From: Octopus sinensis
Lineage: Eukaryota
DNA: 64,000 nt
Direction of reading: 5' to 3'
Assembly: GCF_006345805.1 (NCBI RefSeq)
Contig: NW_021833025.1
Coordinates: forward strand, 62,001 to 126,000
Below, one piece after another: positions 51,252-63,800 of this stretch (position 1 is its first letter; each line of letters begins with the position of its first letter). The position numbers were made by a program, and so were the translations under genes. The notes beneath the pieces were generated by a model that saw nothing but the letters and a program-made list of their open reading frames with translations, was not told the DNA's origin and did not search any database.

Positions 51252-51844
51252 ATGAGGACTATAAATACACTAATCCCCAATCTGAGAATCTCCAATCTGA
51301 TTTTATCACGTAATATCTGGCTTTATTCTTGTAATTCTTACAAATATGCTTCGAAATTAAAAAATATTTATTCACATCATTATCTTTTTGCTCCAAACAA
51401 AATATCTGCAAGGCTTTTATGTAATGAACAAAATGAAGAATCTATGTCTCTTGTCCAGAGGTTTAAGTTCCTTTTTAAACGCTACGGGAAAATAGTATTG
51501 GCCGTTCATATTGTATTGACCGGCTTTTGGCTCATTTTTGCTTATTTAATATACCAAAGGTACTTTTAAAGCTTATTTTTAGTGGATTTGACGTGGTTTC
51601 ATATATTCTAAAATTAAATCCTCCGTCTTTTATTCAAGATGTTATAAATAAGCCCGGCGTTGGAATAGGGGCCAATATATACATTCTGTACAAAGTAATG
51701 ACTCCTTTACGATATATCGCAACTATTGGTATCACCACCCTCGTTGTGAAAACACTCATACGTCGAGGTGTGATGCAGCCTTTGCCAAAAAACGAACGCA
51801 TTGCTAGTATCATTAAGGAGAAGGCTATGAAACTTAAAAAATAA
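51252..51844 (+). CDS. FAM210/DUF1279 mitochondrial membrane protein, 2 exons
   Basis: Basic N-terminal presequence. SLVQRFKFLFKRYGKIVLAVH..|GFDV..YILYKVMTPLRY..TIG.T. 23-nt intron at 51560-51582. Confidence 0.85.
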
Positions 51845-52276
51845 ACAATTTTCCTATTAATCGTTAAAATTCCTTACTTTATGTTCAAATAAAGAAACTT
51901 TTGGTTAATTTTTATTGGACCATTTTCGATTTTTGGATTATTTTTATAAAAACGCTAATTTTATAAGCTAATTAAAATTTTTGCGACCTTTTATTGGGAG
52001 TTTTTCAATAAAATTTGGCAAGCAGAAGGAAAAACGATCATCGAGAACGGACATGGCTTTTCCAACGCATATCAATAGCCATCTTGCGTGGGAATTGCCA
52101 TTCCATCTTGTCCTCTGCCGAAAATTAGTTACAAAATAATATAATATTCAGTTAATTTTTCAATAAAATAATTTAGTAAAAATAAGGTTAGTAAATTCTT
52201 ACAGACAAATTCTTCATTCTACATACATTGCTTGGAAAGTTTAAAGAAATAAAAAAAGAAATGATACTTTAAAAAA

Positions 52277-53518
52277 TTAATAGACTCTGTCATATACAAC
52301 ACCAGAAACTGTCTCCCGTTTTGGATGATTTTGTGTGATAGGATTGCCTCGTCTATTCGGAGCCAAAAACTCAAACATCGTGCTTCCATGTAAAGCCAGA
52401 GTATTCGCTATGCACATGGGCTTAGGATCAACGTAAAAATAGTCATCCTCCAAAGCCTGTGCGCAGTCAAAACGTTTTGCAGGATTGTAAACCAACATTT
52501 TGTCGACTAAATCAGATGCCGAAGGATCAGATATGTAATATTTCAGTCTCTGCTTATGCATACCCCCACTTACATTCGACGGGGATGTAGACATAGACTT
52601 GAAATGTCTAAGGGAAGATGCCTCAGGCCAATCGCTAGGATCAATTGGTCCCAAAAGTTTAATGATAAGCTTCATCTGATGTATTTCATTACTGCCCTGC
52701 ATGATTGGAGATCTTGTAAACAACTCTGCGATAATACAGCCAACTCCCCATATATCTACAGCAGTGGTATATATTTTTTCTCCCAATAACAACTCTGGAG
52801 GGCGATACCACAGAGTTACAACTCGGTTTGTATATCCTTGATTGGGTTTCAATTGCTTGCAAGCTCTTGCCAGACCAAAATCAGCGACTTTAAGTACTCC
52901 ATTTTTTGAAATCAATATATTGGCTGCTTTTATATCACGATGAAGTATATGTGAGTAGTGAAGGTAATGCAGTCCCTCTAAAAGTTGTTTGGCAATCTAA
53001 CAAATAAGAAAAGGTAATAAACAGTTTTAAGTTCTGCATTTTGGAACTTTACTTTTTTGTTTAGCAGGAGTCCAGCTAAATCGTATTCACAGTATTCAAA
53101 GACCAAATAGAAATAAATAACTAAGAAATTAAAATTCTCTAATATGACAGTTGTTTTCGCCAGAACTACAAATTTCAAGTAGTTGGACGACATTTGGATG
53201 GTGAACATGTTGTAAGATTTTTATTTCTCTTAATGCAGTGATTGGAAACTTAAAATCAATTAAATAAATACCCCATCCTTCTCGTTTTCAGTAAGAATTT
53301 TCTTAAGAGCAACATCTTTGTTGGTTCTCAGATCCTTGGCATGGAACACTTCGCTTTTATTTAAAATAATAAAAGCATTTAAACCCAAAGGTTCCTTGGC
53401 CAATTTTTAAGATTTTTTCATATTTTAAAGACACATCTGGACATTGGGACGATATACTTGCATTAGAATTATACTATTGTGGTTTTATTGAATAATAACA
53501 AACTAGAACAGTGGACAT
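52277..53518 (-). CDS. CDK9: Cyclin-dependent kinase 9 (P-TEFb)
   Basis: KIGQGTFG|EVF, EKDG|FPITALREIK, HRDIKAANIL, VLKVADFGLAR, YTNRVVTLWYRPPELLLGE, TRSPIMQG, C-terminal YDRVY. Micro-introns in the 5' half. Confidence 0.95.
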
Positions 53519-53655
53519 ATCAGGGAAAACAAAACACCAACGAGAAACCAGCAAATTAAATTTTAATATTAAATTTTTAAATATTAAAATAATAATAAAA
53601 TAACAAAATATTAAAAGTTAAATTTATTGATCCTTCACTACTATAGTCTAGTCTG

Positions 53656-54185
53656 GGGTTTTCCGACCTTAACATAGAAAGCGCAAGCATTGGTGTTGAC
53701 CCCTTAAAGATTATTCTAAACTAGCTCGCCAGCTCGCTTCACTCACCGCAACCTATCTCCTGCGGAGGCGTGTTTCATCAAACAACTATAGGTTTATGTA
53801 AACGATGTTTGTTGTCTGTCGTTCTTTGGCATTATATATGAATAATTTTTCTCTTCTACCTATCCTTGGGAAAAGCACTTGCTCTCTAAAAATAAGCCAA
53901 CTACCTTTAACGACTGTCACTGGGCCTTGTTTATTGTCATCGCAAAACTTATCTTCAACGGAAACAGATTAACTAACAGAAACACAAGTTAAATAACAGA
54001 CACATCAGATAACTAACACATTAAATAGATAACAAAAAATTTGACCAAAATCCAGAAAATATTTTTCTTAATTTTTTGGCGGGAAGGTTTTAAGGGATCT
54101 CATCATTGAGGATTTTCTTAGTATGTTAGGATATTTTTTTTCAACACTAGTGCTTGCGCTTTCGACTTTAAAACTCGGAAAACCC
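53656..54185. mobile_element. Unclassified MITE-like element with ~45-bp imperfect TIRs
   Basis: Left end GGGTTTTCCGA..GAAAGCGCAAGCATTGGTGTTGA. Right end, reverse-complemented, GGGTTTTCCGA..GAAAGCGCAAGCACTAGTGTTGA. No clear TSD. Confidence 0.7.
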
Positions 54186-54304
54186 TATACATATACGAGT
54201 TATACTTTTGTAAAATTAAAAAATATAAATCAAATCCATAAAATTAGACAATAGATTTTTGTTTAGAGTTAAAAACAAGTTTATACTAAATTAAATTGAT
54301 TAGT

Positions 54305-56093
54305 CTAGGTTGATGGGTTTAATCTGACATTAAAATCAAGCTAAATTAAAATATCAAACTGTATAAAACCTCAATTTTTTCTTTTTCTGTATATGAGTTT
54401 TTATTTTCTTTTCCGGTTTTCATCTTTTTATTATCTTCTCCTTTACCGAGTTTTTTGCCATTTGAACCTTTTTTCTAGTCATTATTTGTAAAAATTTAAA
54501 AAACACATTTTCATCAGAAGATATCTCTGGAAGATATTTAAAATCAAAATTAATTTCCGATTCAATAATTCTTTCCATTGGAACTTCAAAACGAGCAATC
54601 GGAGTTGTTTCTATCGAATCTATTTCATAATTATCATTTTTCTTTTTTCCATTCTAAAATAAGTTTTTAGCAACCTTCTTTTTCGTCACTAGAGTTTTTT
54701 TTGATTTTTCATTGGATTCTTCTTTCAACTTAAATGTTATCTATTCATTTTTAACAAACGTAATACCTTCTCTTGTAAAATAAAAAGAGTTGCTGGAACA
54801 TTTTGAAAAATTTGATACATTTCTAGAGTTGCGAAAGATGTTATATTTGTAATCCAGTTTAAATTAACTGAAGAGCTTTCTATCTTTTCAGAAAAAATGG
54901 TAAATTTATTATTATCGTTGAATATAATTGGGTAATCTTATTAAAAATTTCCCAAGATGTAAAACCATTTAGATTTGTTTCTTGATTGTTTTGAGGTGGC
55001 GTTTTGTTTGTCTCAGACATAAACCGATTTAATGTGAATGCGGCCAAATATGCACATGTCTGGTAAGAATTGGAATCTTCTTTAAGATTTGTTGAGAAAT
55101 GAATTCCTTTAATTTGATTTAATTTAAGCTGTATTGTAAATTGATCGTTTACTATTTAGTAATTTGTTTGATTGTACCATTTTTTTCTTTAAGATTCATA
55201 TTGCAAATTCTTTTTCTTTCATATGATACCGGATTGTTGTCGAAGTAAATCAAATCTAATGTTCCTATTATGCACAATTCATAGTCTTTTGCCAACTTTA
55301 ATATTATTCATTTATGCTATTATACCGAAAGTGGATTATTGTACAGAGAAACACTTTTAAGTTTTGATAAGTTTTTTAGTATCCTGGTCACTGAATTCAA
55401 GTCTGTAAGGAAATTGTTACTCAAATCCAAACTTATTAAAGAACTCCTTAAATGAATAATTGGAGATTTACCAAATTTCGGATTTTTTTAAAAAATCGAT
55501 ATTTTCTATATTGTTATAACCTAATCCAAAGTGTTGTAATCGGATGTTAGATTCATTATGAAGGTCGCAAATTTGACTTATTTTATTTCCGCAAAGTTCT
55601 AGATTCTAAAATTATTTTTACTTAGAACAACTTTTATACTTGCCGGAAAATTTTTAAAATTTATTTTTTCAATAAAATTACCAGAAACATTTATTGAAAC
55701 CAAATTTATAAATTTTTTCATTAGTTCATCTAAAATATGAATCTTAATTTTCTAATAATATTTTTACTTTTCTGTTCCGTAAAAATAAACTTTTAATATG
55801 TTTGAAAACATTTGTAATTTTGCCATTTGAGTCTAATTGTCTAATTCTTAATTCCAAGATTTCATCACTCCAATCGTTTGGTTTGTACCATAAAGATTGT
55901 GATGATTCGATTAAGTCTTGTTGAAAAATATGTTCTTCATATAAAACTATTTTTATCAACAATTTTTTATATTACTTTGATTATCTATTTTATCGTTATT
56001 TTCAGGACAATGTGGATTTTCGAAATGACAAGGAAATTCACAAAGATTTAATTGTGAAATTAAAGTTGACACAGTGGAAGAAAATGAGTTCAT
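54305..56093 (-). CDS. LRRC43: Leucine-rich repeat protein 43-like, many micro-introns
   Basis: Spliced product LNLCEFPC..KSLFLRNRK|IHILDE..NVSGNFIEKI..NFPASIK|NLELCGNKI..LQHFGLGYN..LISLDLSNNFLTDL..LYNNPLS, with a Lys-rich C-terminus. Matches the LRRC43 motif order from memory. Ends approximate. Confidence 0.72.
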
Positions 56094-56559
56094 CTATAGG
56101 AATAAAATTTGTATATAGATTAAATATTTGTATTAAAAAGAAAAAAATAAGAAAAATATATTTGTATTAATATTGTTTTTTTGTTAAACAATATATTATT
56201 ATTCCCATTATCATAGGAACATGTAAAGAAAAACTAATTAAGTTCCTAAATATGCCGTAAGGAACAGGACCCAACTTCCTGGTCACAATCACTAATGTCT
56301 ATGCGCCGATAATAGGGTGACCTGGAAAAGTATGTGTGGAGTGATACTAACCGTGGCACAAGGAAAACTTAATTAGCTTATAATTTTCTGTTAGTGCAAA
56401 AATAATAATGTGCCACACATGAGACTGGTGTTTTGATCATATTTTTCCAGCATATCAAGGTCACCTCAATTTTTCAATTTTTTTATAATTTTTGGTTTAT
56501 AGAAGGACAAATTAAGTTAGGAATATACGGAAGGGAAACTCCGGGGGAGCTAAAGCACG

Positions 56560-56745
56560 CACCCTCTTGCGGAAAGTACCGCATGCGTGTTGCTACGGAC
56601 AATGGCGATTGATATCCGCTGCAATAGCCACGAAACCTCGCGTGGCTCTTTCGTCCTGTGGGCCAATTTCCTCCCGATGTCGCTGATGAAGGCCGAGGTT
56701 AGAGGCCCTGCAACGCCCAATGTCTCCAAAGCGATTGGTACGATT
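56560..56745 (-). mobile_element. CRE-clade 3' terminal fragment
   Basis: VPIALETLGVAGP..FISDIGRKL..EPREVSWLLQRISIAIVRSN. Confidence 0.8.
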
Positions 56746-56749
56746 TTTC

Positions 56750-58030
56750 AATTGTTTTTTAATTTATTGAAGTTCTCTTGAGATAACAATACGTATTGTT
56801 CTTCGTGGACGTCATCAAAATGCCGATTTGTCGTCTTTGTAATGATTCAATTTCCCAGTTAGCGTATACATCTGGATTGAGTATGTGCACGAATAGGCGC
56901 CAACGAGCTTCGGTAATGTTCATAGTGACGGTTCTACTGTTGCAAATATGATATAGAGTGGAGTTGTTGATTTTCTTTGATTGATGGCTATAAGAAGTCT
57001 TAACTGTTTTCTGTGAAACGCATCAAAGGATTTTAGTTCAGACTCAGATGCCCCATGTTCCTCCGTTGTACAAAAGTATAGGTTTACAAAAGCATTGTAT
57101 AACTTCGAATTTGGATTTATCATGAGACAAAAAGTCTACATCTTCGAAATATATCACTTCGGTTATTGATTCAGTCTTCACTAGTTTTTCAAATCTCTTA
57201 GTGCCCTTTCAAATAGACAATAAATAGTACAGACGTTATCGAATCACTTTGGGACGTTCCAATATTTGTCTTGAAGGATCTTAATTTTACGGGCTTGATC
57301 TTCACTGTCAACTTGGTGTCTATAAGGAGTATTCAAACCATTCTGATCGAGTCATCGTCAAGAATACTTTTGAAGACTTCCATTAGCTTGTCTCTGCGGA
57401 TCGTATCGAATGCCCTGCTCATAACAATGCCAAATATTTTGGTAGCCATTTCAAATTCCTGACATACGGCACAAATCCATCTATGTCCCCATATTGCATA
57501 TGCAGTTTATGTTCCAGGTCTGAATTCACTTAGTCATTGACATGGTCTTTAATGAATTCCAGTAGTACAAACAAGATTTTCCCTATTTTGTTTAGGATTG
57601 TGATCGGACGAATGTTGTTAAAAGGACCTTGCGGCTTTTTGGGTTTTTGAAGAGGAATCAGTGTTTCTTTCAACATAAGTAATATAGTATTAGCATGGAA
57701 TATCTCGCTCATTAAATTTTTGATTATAGTTTAGATCTCTATTGGGGAGTACTTTATCAATTCACCGTTAATTTTGTCTGTCTGGAATAGCATTCGACGC
57801 AATAAACAGATAGAAGCTGATGAAATTGCTTGAGAAAATACTGGATGAATCGTCGGCTAAGATAATCGGACTACTACTTGCAAACAAAGATTATCTGTAA
57901 GGACAGAAGGAGCAACTTACCGCAGTTTCAAAACAAAGATTGAGAAATTCCAGGGTAACTCCCTCTCCCCTTTACAATTCACCATATAGTTTGAATCTGA
58001 ACTCCGCGACCTCCACAAATGCTATATAGA
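56750..58030. mobile_element. Decayed RTE/RTEX-like LINE fragments in both orientations
   Basis: Minus: LIPLQKPKKP..NIRPITILN, MSRAFDTIRRDKL, DAFHRKQLRLL. Plus ~57840-58020: FQGNSLSPLQFTI. Confidence 0.65.
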
Positions 58031-58149
58031 AGAGAAGAATAAAATGGTTTTATTGACACAATAGCAGGAAAGAAAATAACAAAAAATTATCCCAGCAAGA
58101 AAAATATCCAAAGAATTAGAGGTTAAGGGGCTTGAAAACGAGAACCATG

Positions 58150-58950
58150 AAGATCTCAAATGCAGTTTTACCCACGGAGATTATTCTCATCGCCAGCAAC
58201 GAATTCGAGTTTTGGATAGGATCGCGTCTTCGTGTCAATACTCCGTTCATGTAAGTCTTCTATCATCCTACTAGTTTGATGGCAAATTGTCTAATTTTTT
58301 CGATTTTGGCGATTAGACGGCCACTTTTGTCCGTTTGATACCAGCCCTCCGATCCATATATTAGTAGAGGCTAAACTCAGGTCCGGTAAACGTGAAGAAA
58401 CGTTTTCGTGTTAAGACAATCCTTTTATGATCTTTGCACATTGTTTACGCTTTGTGCCTACGTGTACTTTATAAGACCCGGTGATGTATACTGTTACTCC
58501 CAATTAGTGTAAGTTCCACAATATAATTGAGTTCCCCTAATCTTTGAACGTCGGTTTTTTGTCGTGGCCAATCGAAATCAAACAAATAATGCTTTCGTCC
58601 TGTACGAGATTCAAGCCTTTATCCCTGCACCAGATTTTTAGTTCTTCCAAGTACGGTTCAAGTCTCCTCCAAGACAACTTCTTCTTGTGTCAGGGTCCCC
58701 ACATCGAGACATCCGTAACCAAGATATCGTCGGCGTAGAAAATTAGTCTGTTTGTCAAAAAGGAGACGTAGAAGAGGGATCATTTGCGGATGATGTTGAT
58801 TTCGTATCACTGGACTGACAATATTCCAAAATCTTCTCGAAAATGCACCTCCCGAGATTGAAAATAGCTTCCGATCTTTGGTATAAACAAAACTGAAACT
58901 ACGGAAATTGAAAAAGAAGAGTATATTACTCATGAAAGATGGAGACATAC
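58150..58950 (-). mobile_element. Decayed LINE RT (group of 5017-6806)
   Basis: FYADDILV..SWRRLEPYLEELKIWCRDKGL..IEKIRQFAIKL. Confidence 0.7.
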
Positions 58951-59189
58951 TAATAAGCTTTAATCTTTACTAGAAACGTTCAAGATATACTAAGGAGGAA
59001 AAAAAGTGGAAAATGCGACATTTCTGCCACACTAGTAAAGCTAATCAACCTTTTGATCGATTGATTGAATCTAAAGATAAATTTACAAATAACTTGCTTC
59101 TTTTACAAGAAATTGAATTCAAAAGATACAGTGTTTTATACAAAATAATTTGGAAAGACGTATCAAAAATTTTTTCAAAGTTTTTCTAA

Positions 59190-62100
59190 CCTACAGGAAA
59201 CGAGGCTAATGTCGCTTATCGATCTCCCAAAATGAGAGGATAGTCGACTGTTAGAGCTGATCGAACTGATGGCAGCGGTGGCGGAGGCGTCCTCACTTTC
59301 ATCAAAAACTCAATTCCGTTTATAGATTCAACAGGTGCTACTCGTTCCTTACTAAACCAAAATATGCACATTGAGTTTACACGAATCATGCTGTATATTA
59401 ACGGCTTTCCGTACACACTGGTGAATATATACATCCCTTCCTCCTCCTGCTGCAAAATTGGATATCGTCCCGACCTATCCAGACTGCTAGCAATAAAAAA
59501 CCCCATTCTTTGTGGTGATCTCAGTGCATAGAACCCACTATGGCTCACTAACTAACCTAAAGATCAAAGAGGCGACCAAGTAATTTCTGATCTGGAGGAC
59601 CTAGTCATAATGAACAATCCTCGCTACTATACACGAAACGGGAGCCGCCCTGGTGACCCAAACACTTCCCCGACCTTAACTTTGTGCTGTCCATATCTTT
59701 CTGCTAGGACCTACTGGAAGGTCGTATATGATCTCCCGTCTGATCACAACGCCATTTTGATTGAAATTAAACCACAATCACTACGGGATATAAAATGAAG
59801 ACATTTATCAATTACAGATGTGGTAGGCAGTGTTCCCTCTAAGCTGCGCGCGTGCGCGGCCGCGCAGCAGTTTGCACCTTGCTGCGCAGCGAAATTTTTT
59901 TCTGCGCAGTAGAAAGTATAATATTAAAAATTGAAATATTACTCCGGACTGTTTATACTGTTTTCAGTCGATCAAGTATAAAAAAAGCTGCATTTCAGGA
60001 CCTGGCTAATGTTGTTGTTGAAGATGTCGTTTCATTTAAGCCACTAAATGAAGTGAGATGGATGTCTCGGCATTTTGCTGTTAAAGCTTTGATAAAAAAC
60101 TACACAATTTTAATTGAATATTTCAAGAAACAGGTTGAAGATGATAATGATCCGATTGCAAAATATTGCTTAAAACAACTTCAAAATCCTCTTATTCATG
60201 TTGCTTTAACTGTCTTAAATGAAATTTTGGCTGAATTAGCAGATTTGTGCACAGTTTTCCAAAGAAGCTGTATATCGACCATAGAAGCTGTACAGTTTGC
60301 CAGAGCAAAAATTTCGAAGCTGAAATCTCAATATTTGGATGGAAATGAAATTTACTGGAGAGACAGTGTGAAGATGTTGTTATCAACAACTGGTTATGGA
60401 GATACAAATACAGATGAAATCCTATGCTTTATCGAGCATGTTTATCTGCATTTACAAGAAAGATTTCCAGCTGACGAATTAAGAGAATGGGTAGCATTTG
60501 ACACTCAAGCAATTCAAAATCACACAAACTTTGAATTTGGAAAAGAGGAGATAATTAAATTAGCGAAAAAATATGAAAATTTACTCTCTTCAGAAGTCCC
60601 ACTCATAAAACTGCAGTCGGAATATACAGATCTCAAGTTTATTTTAAAAGAAAAACTGCACTCTGGTGCTTTGAAAACATTTGAAGATGTAATTTACTAT
60701 ATACTAGCGGAGAAAAAATTTTCAGCCACTGCAACATTTGTGGATATTTGTGGCACATTTCAAGCGTCAAGTGCTGATGCTGAACGTGGATTTAGTTTGA
60801 TGAACTGTATCAAAACTAAACTACGTAATAGATTTGAGATTGACCATTTGGAGATGATCATGCGAATCAAGTTCTATTTAACAAGTGGGAATACAGTGGA
60901 TCTTGATCGAGTATACAAATTTTGGATACAAAATAAAAACAGAAGAGAATATCCAATTGACTAGACCTATTTTTTTAACCATTGGTTTTTTAATTGTAAA
61001 ATTTCCCCCCCCAAAAATTTTTTGCACACGTCACTTTATAACGCTGCACAATGCAATGTGCCCAGTGCGCATAGCTACCACTCGCTTAGAGGGAACACTG
61101 GTGGTAGGTGGGATGAGTATCAATTACTTACGGAACAATCTTTCCTAAACTTCGATGCCTCTTCATCCTGTAGAATTCTTTAACAGTCAAAGCAGCAGAT
61201 AAGAAATGTATCCCTCGAAGGATCATTGAGGAGTTATTTCCTGTATTCACAAGAGAAATCATCGACCTTATTCACAAAAGACGCCAACTCAAAAGAACGA
61301 GAACATCAGATATGATCTATCAAGAAGATATCACCCAACAATGAAACCTGAACAATAAAATTACCAGGCTCATTTCACATCAGAAAACTGTCAAATGAAA
61401 TTTTTTCATCTCGTCTATTGGCTCAAGGACAAAACCAAATCAATTCTGGAGAACACTCCGTGGAATTGATCCTTCGAAATCAGACGAATCTCATGAGACA
61501 TTTCTATCGAAAAAACTTTTACCTATGTCCATGCTCAGGCAAACACACTAATGAATCACTGTGCACAAATTAGCCAGATTCAGAAATCAAAAAACTCTCG
61601 AACAAAAAAGATCAAACTCCCTCTCAATGAAAATCAGCCTCATATCCCAATACCTAAAGCATTAAGTGAACAGTTAATAAAAAAACTTAAAAAATCCAAC
61701 GCAATAAAGTGCGAAGGCATATCCATCCACCCTTTAAAGCATCTTGGGATTAATGGAACAAAGGCATTTGTAAGCGTCCTCGAACTCTCATTAAACTTCG
61801 GACAAATTCCGATGATATGGAAAAAATCATGCATTGTCCCCGTTTTAAAACCAAACGGCGATTCCAAAAACCCAGCATCATATCGACTTATCTCGCTTTT
61901 ATCCGTTGTCTCAAAACTTATTGAAAGAGTTTTTTATCTATCCTTTTTTTCCATTCGCAAAATAACAACAAAGTTTTCGTCTACACTATTCCACCACAAC
62001 ACATCTAACAACCTTAACTAAATTTATCGCAGATAGATTTAACAACTTCAAACCTCCTCAAAGAACTATACTTGTGTCAGTCGATCTCACTAAGGCCTTT

Positions 62101-63250
62101 GATTGCACTTCGAGACCCGTTCTGAGTAACAAAATTGCAATGACCGATATCCCAGCAACCCTGAACCGCTGGCTAAAAACTTTTTTATCGGGCCGCTTAG
62201 GTCAAACAGAAGTCAGATACAAGATACAAGTCTCGTTTTCGATACCTATCGAATGGATTCCTGCAAGGCTCAGTGCTATCGTCAGCTCTCTTCAACCTCC
62301 ATTTAAGTGATGCACCAGTCACCAAGAACACCTTACTACTTTCATGCGAGACGACGTAATCATTGCATAAAGAGATAGCAATCTACCAACGGGCACAAAT
62401 CACCTACAATCTCATCTGGATTCCATTGCTGTTTATCATCAACCAGCAATTTATCTCATCATCTAAATCAACTGCAATGCTTTTCACGACGAACAAACGT
62501 GAAATCATGAACCCTCACTCTTTAGATTTGGAAATCGTTTACCCATAACAAAAAAACTTTAAAATTCTGGGCATCACCTGAGATCAATCTCCGAGTTTCA
62601 TTACCGATGTGAATAAGATATGTACTAAAGCCAGACGAAAGCCGAATACACTACGTGCAGTCTCGGGTTATTCTTTTAGACAAACCAAGGAAAGCTTACA
62701 GTTGATATACAAACAATTCGTTCGAACAACAATGAATTATGCCTTCCCCTGCTGGTCTCCGTGCGTCTGGCTTACATCCCTTGAGTCCAGAATGCTGGGC
62801 TCAAAACAATAACAAGATGTTTAAATCTTCCCCTATCGATCACCTCCATTGGAAAACAAAAATTTTGCCTGTTGCTGACCATTTCAAATGCGCGGACTCC
62901 AATTTTTGGATGACTCCACAGCTGCTTACCACCCGGCATACAATCTTCTAATTCTGCCAACAAAAGGGAAATACGTGCTACCTTTGCTGATATGAAAAGA
63001 ATTCTGTTGAAAATCCCCATGGGAAACGGAAAAAAGATCGGCTCTAATACACGATTTTATCTTCACGAGGACCATCTGGAAACAATCAACAAACCAAATA
63101 CTCCAGGAACCTCCCCGGAAATCGATGAATCAGAGTCACTACCACCAAGAAAGGAACGTGTGACTCTCGCAAGGCTCGCTGCAGACAGCTTTTCCCGATG
63201 TTGGACTCTGGACCCAACGCAAGAAAGGACGTGCGAAGAACAGTTTACGT
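59190..63250 (+). mobile_element. Heavily decayed Vingi copy interrupted by hAT
   Basis: QETR..GGGVLTFI..NIYIP..WKVVYDLPSDH..INYRCGR|WDEY..SYRLISLL..VDLTKAFD..YKQFVR..PEIDESE..VTLARL, colinear with 21995-25028. Confidence 0.85.
59828..61100 (+). mobile_element. hAT element (ZNF862-like transposase), 5'-internally deleted
   Basis: Perfect 17-bp TIR CAGTGTTCCCTCTAAGC. Perfect 8-bp TSD GTGGTAGG at 59820-59827 and 61101-61108. Open C-terminal ORF with EVRWMSR and SSADAERGFSLMNCIKTKLRNRF. Confidence 0.94.
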
Positions 63251-63359
63251 GAGGAATTGAATCGGGGTGATGTGCTTCTGGTTGCTAATCATCTAAAAAT
63301 AAACTCATATTATATAAACAATAAACCAAAAAAATCAAGCTGAAGTTACAGCGGTAATT

Positions 63360-63800
63360 ACCAGTAAAAAATCATCCCTATCCTGTAGACCAGACTTGAT
63401 TCCAACAACCTTGCTAAAGCACCTTGATCCCATCGGAATTGATGCAGTGAAAAACATTTTCAACTATTCCGTTAACCAGAATCAAACCCCAAATATATGG
63501 AAAAATTCTCTTATAAGCCTAATTCTCAATCCGGGCCAACCGAAGAACGTCTCCTCCTCCTATGACCCATCTCACTTTTATGTTTAATTGCAAAGATTCT
63601 CGAAAACTAATTCTCAATTTGATCACTCCTATTCTCCCCCTAACATACATCCTTGGACGCGATTTCATGGAAAAAAGCCAGACAAAAGGGCCTGCCACGT
63701 GTGTAACCTCAACCCGATCTCCGTTCATCACTTGTTTTCTTGTCCTGGACCACCGGTAATTTTGCTACCACGCAGAGCGCTTCAGGATCTCTATAAATGA
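63360..63800 (+). mobile_element. Vingi-type fragment with large internal deletion
   Basis: PDLIPTTLLKHL..PNIWKNS..SSYDP joined to ACHVCNL..SVHHLFSCP..LQDLY. Confidence 0.75.

Noticed and set aside
56683-56712. CTGATGA followed by a GGCC/GGCC hairpin
   Set aside because: No GAAA after the stem, and it lies antisense to the CRE ORF.
58544-58948. Initially considered a piggyBac-like transposase
   Set aside because: Another frame gives FYADDILV..IWC, i.e. a decayed LINE RT. No TTAA-flanked TIRs.
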